A program made the translations under genes and the position numbers. A stretch of DNA of 64,000 nucleotides from positions 2,784,001 through 2,848,000 of the forward strand of contig OY970309.1 of assembly GCA_963716395.1 (NCBI GenBank). The letters run 5' to 3'. Numbering within the stretch: the stretch's first letter is position 1; every line of letters begins with the position of its first letter. The notes under the pieces are model-generated. The model saw only the letters and a list, made by a program, of their open reading frames with translations. It did not search any database and was not told the origin of the DNA. The DNA is from an uncultured Fibrobacteria bacterium. GTDB taxonomy: Bacteria; Fibrobacterota; Fibrobacteria; UBA11236. Of this stretch, positions 46,206 to 56,020 are shown piece by piece.

Positions 46206-46681
46206 ATCGCGACGACCGCCATGCGGCCGACGTTTTTGAACTGACCTACCGTGAATTCGCCGCCCTCAAGCCCACCCATTACCGTTGGAGCCGGCTCGCC
46301 CCCGAGGCCGTGTCGGTGTTGCGCCGCGCGCGCGCTGAAACCTGGTCGGCCGAAAAGTTGGCCGAATATCTGCACTGCCCGGTGGACGAAGCGCAAGGGC
46401 GTTTGCGGCGCTATGTGCTTTCGGAACGGGTGAACGACATGCCCACCAGCGCCGACAAAATATTCGCCTTGTTCGAAGAGTGGCTGCGCCCCTATGAAAG
46501 CGCGCCGGCCGCGCGCAAGCAGAAGGCGCGCGACGTGGTTCGCCTGTTGGCCAGCCAATTGCAAGCGGCGGCCGAATCCGGCGAAACCCTGGACCAGGTG
46601 GCTGCGGCCCTGGAAGGCGTCGAGCCGCCGTCGCCGCCGACTTCGGAGCGGCCGGCCTGGGGACCGCAATGGAAGGATTGA
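46202..46681 (+). CDS. Helical hypothetical protein
   Basis: GTGA overlap with the xseB stop; protein-like composition; weak HTH-like segment. Confidence 0.65.
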   Translation: MNRDDRHAADVFELTYREFAALKPTHYRWSRLAPEAVSVLRRARAETWSAEKLAEYLHCPVDEAQGRLRRYVLSERVNDMPTSADKIFALFEEWLRPYESAPAARKQKARDVVRLLASQLQAAAESGETLDQVAAALEGVEPPSPPTSERPAWGPQWKD

Positions 46682-46710
46682 CCAAGGCCGGAGACAAAAG
46701 GAATTCGAAG

Positions 46711-47214
46711 ATGAAACTGGATATCGGCTGCGGGAACAAGAAGCGGGCCGGAACGCATGGGGTTGATCGCGCCGCCCTTCCCGGGGTCGACACCGTACAT
46801 GATTTGAATGTGTTTCCCTATCCCTTCGCCGACGCTTCCTGCGAGGAAATCTGGCTCACCGACGTGCTGGAACATTTGGACAATGCGTTGCGGGTGATGG
46901 AGGAGATTTACCGGCTTCTGAAACCCGGCGGATTGGCGCATGTCAAGGTGGTGCATTGGTCGCATCATCACGCCTATGCCGATCCCACCCATGTCCGGTT
47001 TTTTGGTCCGGAGATGTGGGACTTTTTTACCGGCAAAGGCCGCGACTATTACACCCTGGCGCAATTTGAATTGGTCGCGAAAAAATTCGCTTACGACACC
47101 ACCGTGTGGATGTTCCTGCCCATTCCTCCGCTGCTCAATTTTCTGGGGTATTTCCTGAACAACGTCATCGAAAGCGTGATCGTCACCCTGCGCAAACCCG
47201 AAAGCGCGGCATGA
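46711..47214 (+). CDS. Class I SAM-dependent methyltransferase (type 11-like)
   Basis: LDIGCG, VLEHL, EIYRLLKPGG, DPTH. Confidence 0.88.
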   Translation: MKLDIGCGNKKRAGTHGVDRAALPGVDTVHDLNVFPYPFADASCEEIWLTDVLEHLDNALRVMEEIYRLLKPGGLAHVKVVHWSHHHAYADPTHVRFFGPEMWDFFTGKGRDYYTLAQFELVAKKFAYDTTVWMFLPIPPLLNFLGYFLNNVIESVIVTLRKPESAA

Positions 47215-48053
47215 TCGAATTGTCGGGCCGTAACCTCAAGGTTTCGGTGCTCGACCCGGTCGCCGATCGCGGCCGGCTCGGCAGTCGCTATTGCACCGGC
47301 GGATACCTCTGGCAGGTCGAAGATGCACAGCGTGGTCCGCTGTTCACCGGGCCCTGCGCGCCGGATCGGGTCACGGCCTTCGACGGTCAGGGCGCCCCCG
47401 AAGTGTTCGAAATCGCCCTAGGCGCCGATCGCGCGCCCGTGGGCGGCACGGTGGGGGTGATCGGCGTGGGCGTCGTCCGGCGCGAAAGCCCGGTGCGGCC
47501 CTTTCACGTGCGCGACAATTCCACCGTGGGGCGGTTCGTGGACTGGACCATCGAAACCGACGCCTCGTTCTGCCGCATGCAGACCCGGCAGGTCTTCGCG
47601 GAATACGCCCTGGAATTGACCCGGCTGGTCACGGTGCAGGGCCGCGCGGTGGAATCGCGCACCGTAATCCGCAATCGGGCCAACCCTTCGCTGCCCGTGC
47701 GCTGGTTCGCCCATCCCTTTTTTCCCTGGACCGATCCTTTGTGCCGCTTTTCGCTGGAATGCTCGGTGCCGCCCAACCCCGGTTTCGCCCTGGGCGATGA
47801 CGGGTTTCTGGTTCGCCGCGCCGAATGCGATTGGCAGGTCGGCTGCTTTCAGCCCTTGCAACTTTGCTTCGGTTATCCGTTGCAGGTCGAACAAAAACAC
47901 CCGGCCGTCGGGACCGTGGAGGTCACCTGCGGGTTTCCCATGGCGTGGCTGCCGGTTTGGGGCAATGCCCGGACCTTTTCCTTTGAGCCGTACTTTCATA
48001 CCGTGTTGGAAAACGGCGGTAGCGCGGATTGGTTCATCCGCTACCGATTCTGA
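47211..48053 (+). CDS. Hypothetical protein, galactose-mutarotase-like fold suspected
   Basis: ATGA overlap; WFAHPFF and FSFEPY motifs reminiscent of aldose 1-epimerases. Confidence 0.55.
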   Translation: MIELSGRNLKVSVLDPVADRGRLGSRYCTGGYLWQVEDAQRGPLFTGPCAPDRVTAFDGQGAPEVFEIALGADRAPVGGTVGVIGVGVVRRESPVRPFHVRDNSTVGRFVDWTIETDASFCRMQTRQVFAEYALELTRLVTVQGRAVESRTVIRNRANPSLPVRWFAHPFFPWTDPLCRFSLECSVPPNPGFALGDDGFLVRRAECDWQVGCFQPLQLCFGYPLQVEQKHPAVGTVEVTCGFPMAWLPVWGNARTFSFEPYFHTVLENGGSADWFIRYRF

Positions 48054-48065
48054 GGCGGCCGCGCG

Positions 48066-48836
48066 GTGTTGGCCAAAGACCACGGGTTTTTACTGCGGAA
48101 AATTCCCTTTTCCGAATCGAGTTTCATTCTCAAAGCGTTCACGCGCGAGCACGGCCTGGTGTCGCTTATCGCCAAGGGCGCCAAACGCCCCGGCTCGCGC
48201 TTTCGCGGGCTATTGGAACCGGTGCTGCACCTGCAATGGCTGTTCCCGGAATTTTCCCGATCCGAATTGCGCACCCTGTCCGAAGTCAATCTGCTGCGCG
48301 ATTTCTCCGCCGTGCGCAGCGATCCCGCCAAGCAGGGGTTGACCCGGGTGTTCGCCGAGTTGGTGCTGCGCTACCCGCCGGGCGAAAGCGACGCCGCCGA
48401 GTTCCACGACCTGTTGTTGTCCGCCGAGGAGGAATTGGAGGTCATGCCGGCGCAGCGCGAAGGGTTGCAGGCGCGCCTGTGCGCTTTTCTCTTGGATTTC
48501 ATCCGGCTCTCGGGGTTCCGGCCGCAATTCCGGGAATGCATGCGCTGCGGAGCGGCGATGACGCAGCCGGCCGTGGCCTTTTACCCGGATCGCGGCGGGC
48601 CGATTTGCACCCGCTGCCAACGCGAAGCGCCGGGTGGGGAATACCACCTGCTTCGGGAAGACACCTGGCGCTGGCTCGATGCGCTGCAACACCATGCTCC
48701 GCCGCCGGCTTTGGGCCGCACCGAAACCTGGCGCGCCGAAAGCTTTCTGTTGCAATATTTGGGATTGCACGCCGGGGGCGAAAAAAAATTGAAGTCGCTG
48801 GCGGTGTGGTACGCCCTGTGGGAAGAAGGCGAGTGA
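48066..48836 (+). CDS. recO: DNA repair protein RecO
   Basis: FTREHGLVSLIAKGAKR..LEP; Zn motif CMRC..GGPICTRC. Confidence 0.9.
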   Translation: MLAKDHGFLLRKIPFSESSFILKAFTREHGLVSLIAKGAKRPGSRFRGLLEPVLHLQWLFPEFSRSELRTLSEVNLLRDFSAVRSDPAKQGLTRVFAELVLRYPPGESDAAEFHDLLLSAEEELEVMPAQREGLQARLCAFLLDFIRLSGFRPQFRECMRCGAAMTQPAVAFYPDRGGPICTRCQREAPGGEYHLLREDTWRWLDALQHHAPPPALGRTETWRAESFLLQYLGLHAGGEKKLKSLAVWYALWEEGE

Positions 48837-49810
48837 TGGGATACGGTTTACGCTTACGCACGCGCATCGCCCCCACGCCCAGCGGTTATCTGCATGTGGG
48901 CAATGCCTGGTCTTTCGTGCTGACCTGGTTGGCCGCGCGCCGCCACCAGGGTTGGATCGCCCTGCGCATCGACGATCTCGACCTCGGGCGTTGCCGCGAC
49001 GAATATCTCGAAGACATCTTCGCGTCTTTAGCCTGGCTGGGCTTGGATTGGGATCAAGGTCCGCGCAGTGCGGGGGAGTTCAGGGCTTCTTTCTCGCAGC
49101 ACCGGCGGAGCGAGCGCTACCTGGCGGCGCTCGCCGATTCCGACCGACGGCAGCATTTCTACGCCTGCGGTTGCAGCCGCACCGACATCAAGCGCGCGGC
49201 CGGGAATCGCGCCGGATGGTATCCCGGCACCTGCCGCAGCTTGGGATTGCCGCCCGGGCCGGAGCGAACCTTGCGCTACCGCGTGCCGGAAGGCGAGCGG
49301 GTGACGGCGCGCGATGCGTCGGGCGGCGCCTTGGCGTTGCGCCCCGATCGCGACCTCGGCGATTTCGTGGTGCGGCAAAAAAATGGGGCCGCCGCTTATC
49401 AGTTGGCTTCGGTGTGCGACGACGAAGACGCCCGCATCAATTTCGTGGTGCGCGGCCTCGACCTCATGCCGTCCACCGGCGCGCAGCTCAGTCTGGCCCG
49501 CGCCCTGGGCTTTTCCAACTTTCCCCAGGCCCGCTTCTGGCATCATGCTTTGGTGCGCGGTGAAACCGGCAAGCTTTCCAAATCCGCAGGCGAAGCGGGT
49601 TCCGCGCCGCTCCCGGCCGCGGCGTTGCACGCCCTACGCGCACGTTGGAGCGGTCCGGCGCCGCTGCTGCGGTTTTTCGCCCGGCGCATCGGAGGCGATC
49701 CCGACCGCGTCCATGACATCCGCGATTTACTGCCGGAATTCCGCCTGGAAAAAATAGCGGATCTTCCCTTGCCTTTCGAAGAGTGGCAGCGAAGCTGGGA
49801 GTCAATCTGA
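48836..49810 (+). CDS. gluQ: Glutamyl-Q tRNA(Asp) synthetase-like protein (GluRS catalytic domain only)
   Basis: RIAPTPSGYLHVGN, LRIDDLD, CGCSR, YPGTCR, YQLAS, VRGxDL, KLSKS; no anticodon-binding domain. Confidence 0.8.
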   Translation: MGYGLRLRTRIAPTPSGYLHVGNAWSFVLTWLAARRHQGWIALRIDDLDLGRCRDEYLEDIFASLAWLGLDWDQGPRSAGEFRASFSQHRRSERYLAALADSDRRQHFYACGCSRTDIKRAAGNRAGWYPGTCRSLGLPPGPERTLRYRVPEGERVTARDASGGALALRPDRDLGDFVVRQKNGAAAYQLASVCDDEDARINFVVRGLDLMPSTGAQLSLARALGFSNFPQARFWHHALVRGETGKLSKSAGEAGSAPLPAAALHALRARWSGPAPLLRFFARRIGGDPDRVHDIRDLLPEFRLEKIADLPLPFEEWQRSWESI

Positions 49811-50571
49811 TGCTGTCGGCGCAGGAAATTCAAGGGCGGAAATCGCCGCCGCTGGTCATGGTCACGGCCTATGATTTCGCCTTTGCGGGCGTGCTGGAAG
49901 AAGCCGGCGTCGACATCGTGCTGGTGGGCGACTCTGCGGCCAATGTGGTTTTGGGTCTACCTTCGACCCGCGGCATCGGCCTGGAAGAATTGCTGTTGTT
50001 CACCGCGGCGGTGGCGCGTGGAGCGCCCGGCACCCATGTGCTGGCCGACATGCCCTATGGCTCCGACGCCACGCCGGATTTGGCGGTGAGCAATGCGCGC
50101 CGCTTCGTGGCGGCCGGCGCCGCTTCGGTCAAGCTCGAAGGCCCCAAGCTCGACGTAGTGCGGGCCTTGACGGAGGCGAAAATTCCGGTCATGGGCCATC
50201 TGGGCGTGATGCCGCAAACCGCCGCCTCCTTCCGCCGGGTGGGGAAAAGCGAAGCCGACGGCGCGCGCCTGTTGCGCGAAGCGCTCGATCTCCAGGCGGC
50301 CGGCGCCTATACCGTACTGCTGGAAAACGTCGCCGCCGCAGCGGCCCGGCGCATCACCGCAGCCTTGTCCGTACCCACCATCGGAATTGGTTCCGGTCCC
50401 GGTGTGACCGGACAGGTGCAAGTGCTGCATGACCTGCTCGGCCTATCGCGGCATCCGCCGCCCTTTGCCCAAGCCTTCGCCGACTTGCGCCCGGCTGCGG
50501 TGGGCGGCATCCGGGCCTTTGGCGACGCCGTGCGGCGCGGCGATTTTCCGGCCCCGCCCGAACGCGGTTAA
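49810..50571 (+). CDS. panB: 3-methyl-2-oxobutanoate hydroxymethyltransferase
   Basis: TAYD, LVGDS, ADMP, VKLEG, GHLG, TIGIGSG, GQVQVLHD. Confidence 0.95.
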   Translation: MLSAQEIQGRKSPPLVMVTAYDFAFAGVLEEAGVDIVLVGDSAANVVLGLPSTRGIGLEELLLFTAAVARGAPGTHVLADMPYGSDATPDLAVSNARRFVAAGAASVKLEGPKLDVVRALTEAKIPVMGHLGVMPQTAASFRRVGKSEADGARLLREALDLQAAGAYTVLLENVAAAAARRITAALSVPTIGIGSGPGVTGQVQVLHDLLGLSRHPPPFAQAFADLRPAAVGGIRAFGDAVRRGDFPAPPERG

Positions 50572-50582
50572 TTTTGTCCTCC

Positions 50583-50888
50583 ATGCCCGAATCCCCGGCC
50601 CTGCGGCCCGAACCCGGACTCGAAATCGTCGAAGGGCGCGAGTTCATCGCGGAAAACGTCGCCATCTCGGGGCGGCATTTCGTGCGTTGCTCTTTCAACT
50701 TCTGCAACCTCATCTACTCCGGCGGGCCCGTGGGCCTGGTGGAATGCGGCGGGGGGCATAACCATCTGGTCGAGGTCGGGCCCATGGCCGAAGCCTTGCG
50801 TGATCTGTCGGGCGACGAAATCCGCGACAAGATGATCCGATACTGGAAAGACGTGCGCAAAGGCCTGAATCTCGATCCCGAGCCCTGA
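50583..50888 (+). CDS. Small hypothetical protein
   Basis: Short ORF after panB with FxxCxFxxCxLxYxGG pattern. Confidence 0.55.
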   Translation: MPESPALRPEPGLEIVEGREFIAENVAISGRHFVRCSFNFCNLIYSGGPVGLVECGGGHNHLVEVGPMAEALRDLSGDEIRDKMIRYWKDVRKGLNLDPEP

Positions 50889-51082
50889 ATCGCTGATTTC
50901 TCCCCGTCACGCGGCCCCTATGCCGCGTCAAGCCATTGGGTTCCCGACCTGAAGGGCGAATGAAGAAAAAGCTTCAAGTTTTCCCTCGCGTTGGAGTCAT
51001 TGGGTTTTATGCGAAAGTGTCGGCAATCTGAAGCTTTCCAAACTTTCCAAGCACCGCTGCGAGACGGTAAAATAGAATCGCG

Positions 51083-51904
51083 ATGACACCTTTTCTTGCC
51101 TGGTTGGGAGCGCGCTGGCGGGCTTCGTACCCCGGCCGTTTGTTCGAACTGGGATTTCAGGCCGTCTCCTGCGTCTTTGTGCGGGGCGGAAATTCACGTC
51201 AGAGTTATCAACTGATGGTCTCGCAGATCTATTCCACCGGCGTCGAAGCCGTGCCTCTGGTGCTGCTGTTGGCCGTGGTGATCGGCAGCGCCACCATCTT
51301 GCAGGCCGCCACGGTGATGCCCAAAATCGGGGCCGGCGATTATTTCGGGGCGGTGATGGTGATGGTGGTGGTGCATGAAATCGGCCCTTTGTTCACAGCT
51401 TTTCTCGTGGCCGGCCGCACCGGGTCGGCGCTGGCCACTTTTTTGGGCAATATGAAAGTGCAACTCGAAATCGACGCGTTGCGCGCCATGGGAATCGACC
51501 CCGTGCGCTTTCTGGTTTACCCGGCCTTTTTCGCCACCGTGGTATCGCTGTTCTCGCTGATGGTGCTGTTTAATTTCACCGCCTTGTTCGGCGGCTTTTG
51601 CGTGGTCAAGGTGTTGCAACTTTTCGCGGCCGATCCGGGGTCGCTGCAATTCTCATTCGGGCAATATCTCGATCGCATGGTGGCTTCCATGGGACCGGTA
51701 GACGGCATTTTGGCCATCGGGAAACCGGTATGTTTCGGCATGCTCATTTCCCTCATCGCCTGCCATCAGGGCATGACCGTGCAGGCCGACATGCGCGATG
51801 TTCCCAAGGCCACCACCCGCAGCGTGGTGAACTCCTTTGCCGGTGTCATCCTGATCGACGCGCTGTTCGCCTTGCCGTCGGTGGCGCATCTGGGGTTTTT
51901 CTGA
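51083..51904 (+). CDS. mlaE: MlaE-family ABC permease
   Basis: EIGPLFTA..AGRTGSA..LGNMK..EIDALRAMG; ATTRSVV. Confidence 0.88.
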   Translation: MTPFLAWLGARWRASYPGRLFELGFQAVSCVFVRGGNSRQSYQLMVSQIYSTGVEAVPLVLLLAVVIGSATILQAATVMPKIGAGDYFGAVMVMVVVHEIGPLFTAFLVAGRTGSALATFLGNMKVQLEIDALRAMGIDPVRFLVYPAFFATVVSLFSLMVLFNFTALFGGFCVVKVLQLFAADPGSLQFSFGQYLDRMVASMGPVDGILAIGKPVCFGMLISLIACHQGMTVQADMRDVPKATTRSVVNSFAGVILIDALFALPSVAHLGFF

Positions 51905-51914
51905 GGCGGCCGGC

Positions 51915-52685
51915 ATGAGCGTCGTCCTTTCGGTGCACAATCTCCGCTTCCGCTATCCGGGCCATGACCCGCTGCTGCGCGGCGTCACCTTTCATTTGCT
52001 GCCCGGCCGCATTCTGGTCATCGCCGGTTTGTCGGGGCAGGGGAAGAGCACGCTTTTGCGTCTGCTGGCCGGTTTGGAGCGGCCCGAAGCCGGCGTCATC
52101 CGCCTTCTCGGTCAGGACATCACCCATTTGACGCCGCGCGAATTCAACCAGCTCAAAACTCGCATGGGTTTCGTGTTCCAGGCGCCGGCGCTGCTTTCGC
52201 ACCGCACGGTATGGGAAAATGTGGCGCTGCCGCTGGTTTACCACAATATCGGGGACACCGAAGAAGTGCAATACCGCGTCGATAACGCCCTGGAAATGCT
52301 GCTCATCCGCGAATACAAAGACCAGTATCCCGCCAGCCTCAGCCTGGGCGTGCAAAAGCGCGCCGCCGTGGCGCGCGCCATGATTACGCGTCCGGCCCTG
52401 GTGCTCCTGGACGAGCCCACGGCGGGGCTGGATCGCATCAGCCGAGGTTTACTCCTGGCTCTGATCGGCAACATCCGCCGCATCAACCACGTGGCGATGG
52501 TGATCGTCACCCATGACCTGGCGGCCGCGCGCGAGTTGGAAAGCGAAGTGGGCGTGCTCAAAGACGGGGAAATGCTCGAACCCATGGAATTCGATCAGAT
52601 GCGCCACAGCCAGGACAGTTTCGTGGAATTCCTGTTCCGCCAACTGACCGAAGAGGCGCAGGCCGTGAGCGAGGTGCGCCTATGA
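51915..52685 (+). CDS. mlaF: MlaF-family ABC ATPase
   Basis: GLSGQGKST, LSLGVQKRAAVARA, LLDEPTAGLD, VTHD. Confidence 0.88.
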   Translation: MSVVLSVHNLRFRYPGHDPLLRGVTFHLLPGRILVIAGLSGQGKSTLLRLLAGLERPEAGVIRLLGQDITHLTPREFNQLKTRMGFVFQAPALLSHRTVWENVALPLVYHNIGDTEEVQYRVDNALEMLLIREYKDQYPASLSLGVQKRAAVARAMITRPALVLLDEPTAGLDRISRGLLLALIGNIRRINHVAMVIVTHDLAAARELESEVGVLKDGEMLEPMEFDQMRHSQDSFVEFLFRQLTEEAQAVSEVRL

Positions 52686-53635
52686 AGAGCCTGCAACTTT
52701 ACCGCCACGCCAATTTGCTGGCGGGATTTTTCGTGGCCAGCGCCCTGATCATTTTCGGCATGGGCACCTTCGTGCTCCTGTACAAAAAGGGGTTGTTCGA
52801 GCGCACCTATGAGTTGCAGGCCTGCTTCGACAGCGGCCTGGGCCTGCGCCAGGGCACCGACGTGCAATTCAACGGCGTCAAGATTGGGCGCGTCCAACGG
52901 GTCGAATTGGTGCCGGTGGAGGCCGGTCCGCACCGCGCGGGACGCGTCATGCTCGTTCTCAACATCGCGCGCAAGTATCAGGATTTTCTCACCCGCTTCT
53001 CGGTGGCCTACGCCGAGCGCGACAAGAACCTGGTCAGCGATCGCGTCATCAACATCGAAACCACGCGGCCGGGAGGGCAAATACTCCAACCCGGTGAAAC
53101 GCTGCGCGTCACCGACTCGCGCGACATCGAATCCGTGATCGGTTGGATGAGCCGGTTGACGGAAAAGATGGATCATCTGGTGGACAACATCGGCAAGGTG
53201 GTCACCGCCAGCCGCGACACCAACACTTCGGTGGGCGCCATGCTGGGATCGCGCGTGATGTATGATCGGATTCTCTCCGATCTTTCCCACCTCGACCAGG
53301 GGATCACTGAGGGGCGGCATGTCTTGACCCGTATCAACCGATTGGGCGACACCTTGTACCAGCATACCGGCCCGCTGCTGGCCCGGGCCGACACGACCTC
53401 GCTGCGGCTGCAACGCACGGCCGACGAGGCCGAACGCCTGGGCGCCAAGGCCAACGCCATCGCCGATCAAAGCCAGGTGGTGCTGCAGCGCCTGGATCAG
53501 GTGCTGATTCAAGGTTCGGGCAAACTGGATCAGGCCGGCGACGTCATGGACGCCATTTCGCGGCTGTGGTTCATCCGCTCCAAGCTGGAGCCCCCCCGCG
53601 AGTTTCCGGCCTTGCTCAATACCGCGGATCCGTGA
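52682..53635 (+). CDS. mlaD: MlaD/MCE family protein with helical extension
   Basis: N-terminal TM helix; GLRQGTDVQFNGVKIGRV. Confidence 0.85.
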   Translation: MKSLQLYRHANLLAGFFVASALIIFGMGTFVLLYKKGLFERTYELQACFDSGLGLRQGTDVQFNGVKIGRVQRVELVPVEAGPHRAGRVMLVLNIARKYQDFLTRFSVAYAERDKNLVSDRVINIETTRPGGQILQPGETLRVTDSRDIESVIGWMSRLTEKMDHLVDNIGKVVTASRDTNTSVGAMLGSRVMYDRILSDLSHLDQGITEGRHVLTRINRLGDTLYQHTGPLLARADTTSLRLQRTADEAERLGAKANAIADQSQVVLQRLDQVLIQGSGKLDQAGDVMDAISRLWFIRSKLEPPREFPALLNTADP

Positions 53636-53636
53636 C

Positions 53637-54581
53637 GTGAAATCCGCGGTCCTGACCCTGGTGTTGTTGCTGCCCGCGGTCGCCGCCGCGAAAGCCGAAG
53701 ACGCCGCGCGCCTCTCGCTGCGGGGCGTCGAAGCTTATCAAACCGGGCGGCTGGATTTGGCCCGGATTTTCTTTGAACGGGCCTACCGCCAGGCGGCGTT
53801 GCAAGGCCGGCTGGATTGGGTCGTGCTTTCGGCCTGCAATTTGTTCGACGTGGCGCTGGAAACGCGCAACCTCGAAGACGCCGAACGCTGGCTCGACGCG
53901 GCGCGCGATGCGCAAGGGGCGGAGCGCGCCGTGGTGCTGTGGAAGCAATCGCAATTGCTCAACGTGCGCCATGAGCCGGAGGCCGCGGTGGGCGCCGTCG
54001 ATTCGGCGTTGGCCCTACGGCCGCTCGACGCCGATATCAAGGTGCGTATGCAAATCGACCGCTACCGCTATGAATTCGCGTTGGAGGATTCGGCCGCTTG
54101 GGAAAAAAGCTTTACCGCCTTCCGCGCGGATTTGAAAACCGATGGGAAGAAAGAAACCATCGGCCTGTGGGCCTGGGCCAATATGCGTTGGCGGCGCTAC
54201 GCCGCGGCCGAAAGCCTGTGGTCCGACGCGCTCGACGCCTATCGCGCCGAACATCGGCCCTTGGCGGTGGGCGAGGCGTTGGCCTACCGCGCCTTGTGCC
54301 TGCACGCCTTGGACCGGCGTCAGGAAGCCTTGCACTCGGCGGATTTGGCCGAGGCGGTGTTCGAAGAAACCGGATTTGCCCTGGGCCGTTTGCGTGCCCA
54401 AGCATTGCAAGCGCTGCTTGGCGGCGACGCGGTTGCCAAATCGGGACGCGAAAGCGATTTTCTTGCGCGGGAGAGCATGGGGGATGACTGGAAGGATTTG
54501 CTCGACGATTATGTGGAGAGCTACCCTCCTTTGCTGGGGCAGTTGGAGCATTTGCGCGGCCGCCAACCTGCAACCCCGTGA
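53637..54581 (+). CDS. Secreted TPR-like helical protein
   Basis: Signal peptide; Ala-rich helical repeats; follows mlaD. Confidence 0.65.
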   Translation: MKSAVLTLVLLLPAVAAAKAEDAARLSLRGVEAYQTGRLDLARIFFERAYRQAALQGRLDWVVLSACNLFDVALETRNLEDAERWLDAARDAQGAERAVVLWKQSQLLNVRHEPEAAVGAVDSALALRPLDADIKVRMQIDRYRYEFALEDSAAWEKSFTAFRADLKTDGKKETIGLWAWANMRWRRYAAAESLWSDALDAYRAEHRPLAVGEALAYRALCLHALDRRQEALHSADLAEAVFEETGFALGRLRAQALQALLGGDAVAKSGRESDFLARESMGDDWKDLLDDYVESYPPLLGQLEHLRGRQPATP

Positions 54582-55929
54582 TCTGTTTTTCATTTCGGTT
54601 CACCGCAATCCGACGCAAATCGTCGGCGATGACAAAAACGCCTACCTCCTGACCGAAGGCGGCGTGCTGCTGTACGACTACGGCCGCGGGCAGTGGATGG
54701 ACAATATCGGCACCGGTCTGGGCGTGAACGCCATCGCCTATTTTCCCGATCAGAACCAATTGCTGATGCGCCTGCCCGACGGCTCGGCCCTGACCTATAA
54801 TCCGGCTTTCCGGCGTGTGGCGCCCGCCACCACGGCTTTTCGCGAATCGCCCGGCGGGACCACGCCTTCGGATCTCAACGGCTTGTCCCTGGGCGGCGAT
54901 TTCACCTTTCTCGGCGACGGCGTGCGCGATCGCTACAATCGTCGAGACTCGGTCAACCTTGCGCGTGTCTTCGATTATGATCACCTGTGGGTGCTCACTG
55001 CGGGCGACGGGGCGTTTCTGGGTTCATACCGACGCAAAGAAGCTGAGTCGGTTTGGTTCGGACTGTACGACTCGTCGGTGATTTCGATTTACGGCGCCGG
55101 TCAGAATATGTGGTTCGGGGCTCCCGACCCGGCCGGCGCGCTGGTGCGCGCCAAAAGCGACCTTTCCGAATGGAAAATTTACGCCGCCCAGCAGGACTAC
55201 GAGTTTCCCGACGGCACGCTGTACGATATGGTGGAATGGAAGAATTACCTGTGGTTGGCCACGGCCAAAGGCGTGGTGCGCCAGGATGAGAACACCGGTC
55301 AATTCCGCCTGTTCAACCGGATGCAGGGCAGCACCGACATCAACGTCTACCGGCTCTTCGTCTTTCAGGATCGGCTTTACGCCGGCACCGAAAAAGGCGT
55401 GGCCGTGCTCGAAGCCCCCGAAGCCCAGTTTCAGGCCGCGCCGTTGCCGGTGGATATCGCGCCGCCGGTGTCGGATTTTTGCATCAGCCGCGGCAAGGAT
55501 CTCTGGGCGGCGACGCGCTACGGCCTCTTCGTGCTGCGCAAGGACGGATGGAAATCCATCAAAGACGTCACGCTTGAAGACGTTCCCGACGCCTACGGCG
55601 TGGATGTCACGACGGTGGGGTATGCCGATTCGACTTTGTATTGGGCGGACGCAGATCACATTTATGCCAAGCGGCCCAAGCAGCAAACCAAGTCGGTCAT
55701 CGACCTGGCCAATGTCTTTCGCATCGTCATGGAGGACGGCGTAATGTACGCGGGGTTCGACGACGGGGTGCGGGCCTATAATCTCAAAAGCCATCTCTGG
55801 GTTGATTTCCGCCTGGAAGACGGCATCCCCGGGCATAAGGTGCAAAGCCTGTTCGTGCAGAACGGGCTCTTGTGGATCGGCACCGACCTCGGCGTCATGC
55901 GCGTGACTTTGCGGCCTTATTTGCCCTGA
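54511..55929 (+). CDS. Secreted beta-propeller protein
   Basis: Signal-like MWRATLL..AAA; repeated LWxATxxG motifs (LWLATAKG, LYAGTEKG, LWAATRYG, LWIGTDLG). Confidence 0.75.
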   Translation: MWRATLLCWGSWSICAAANLQPRDLFFISVHRNPTQIVGDDKNAYLLTEGGVLLYDYGRGQWMDNIGTGLGVNAIAYFPDQNQLLMRLPDGSALTYNPAFRRVAPATTAFRESPGGTTPSDLNGLSLGGDFTFLGDGVRDRYNRRDSVNLARVFDYDHLWVLTAGDGAFLGSYRRKEAESVWFGLYDSSVISIYGAGQNMWFGAPDPAGALVRAKSDLSEWKIYAAQQDYEFPDGTLYDMVEWKNYLWLATAKGVVRQDENTGQFRLFNRMQGSTDINVYRLFVFQDRLYAGTEKGVAVLEAPEAQFQAAPLPVDIAPPVSDFCISRGKDLWAATRYGLFVLRKDGWKSIKDVTLEDVPDAYGVDVTTVGYADSTLYWADADHIYAKRPKQQTKSVIDLANVFRIVMEDGVMYAGFDDGVRAYNLKSHLWVDFRLEDGIPGHKVQSLFVQNGLLWIGTDLGVMRVTLRPYLP

Positions 55930-56020
55930 GCTTCCCACGCGCGCGGCGTACGCTGGCAACCGGCGCGTTTTCCGGGAACGGCCAAAGAATCTGAAAATTC
56001 GGGTTTGGGAGTTTGCGGTC

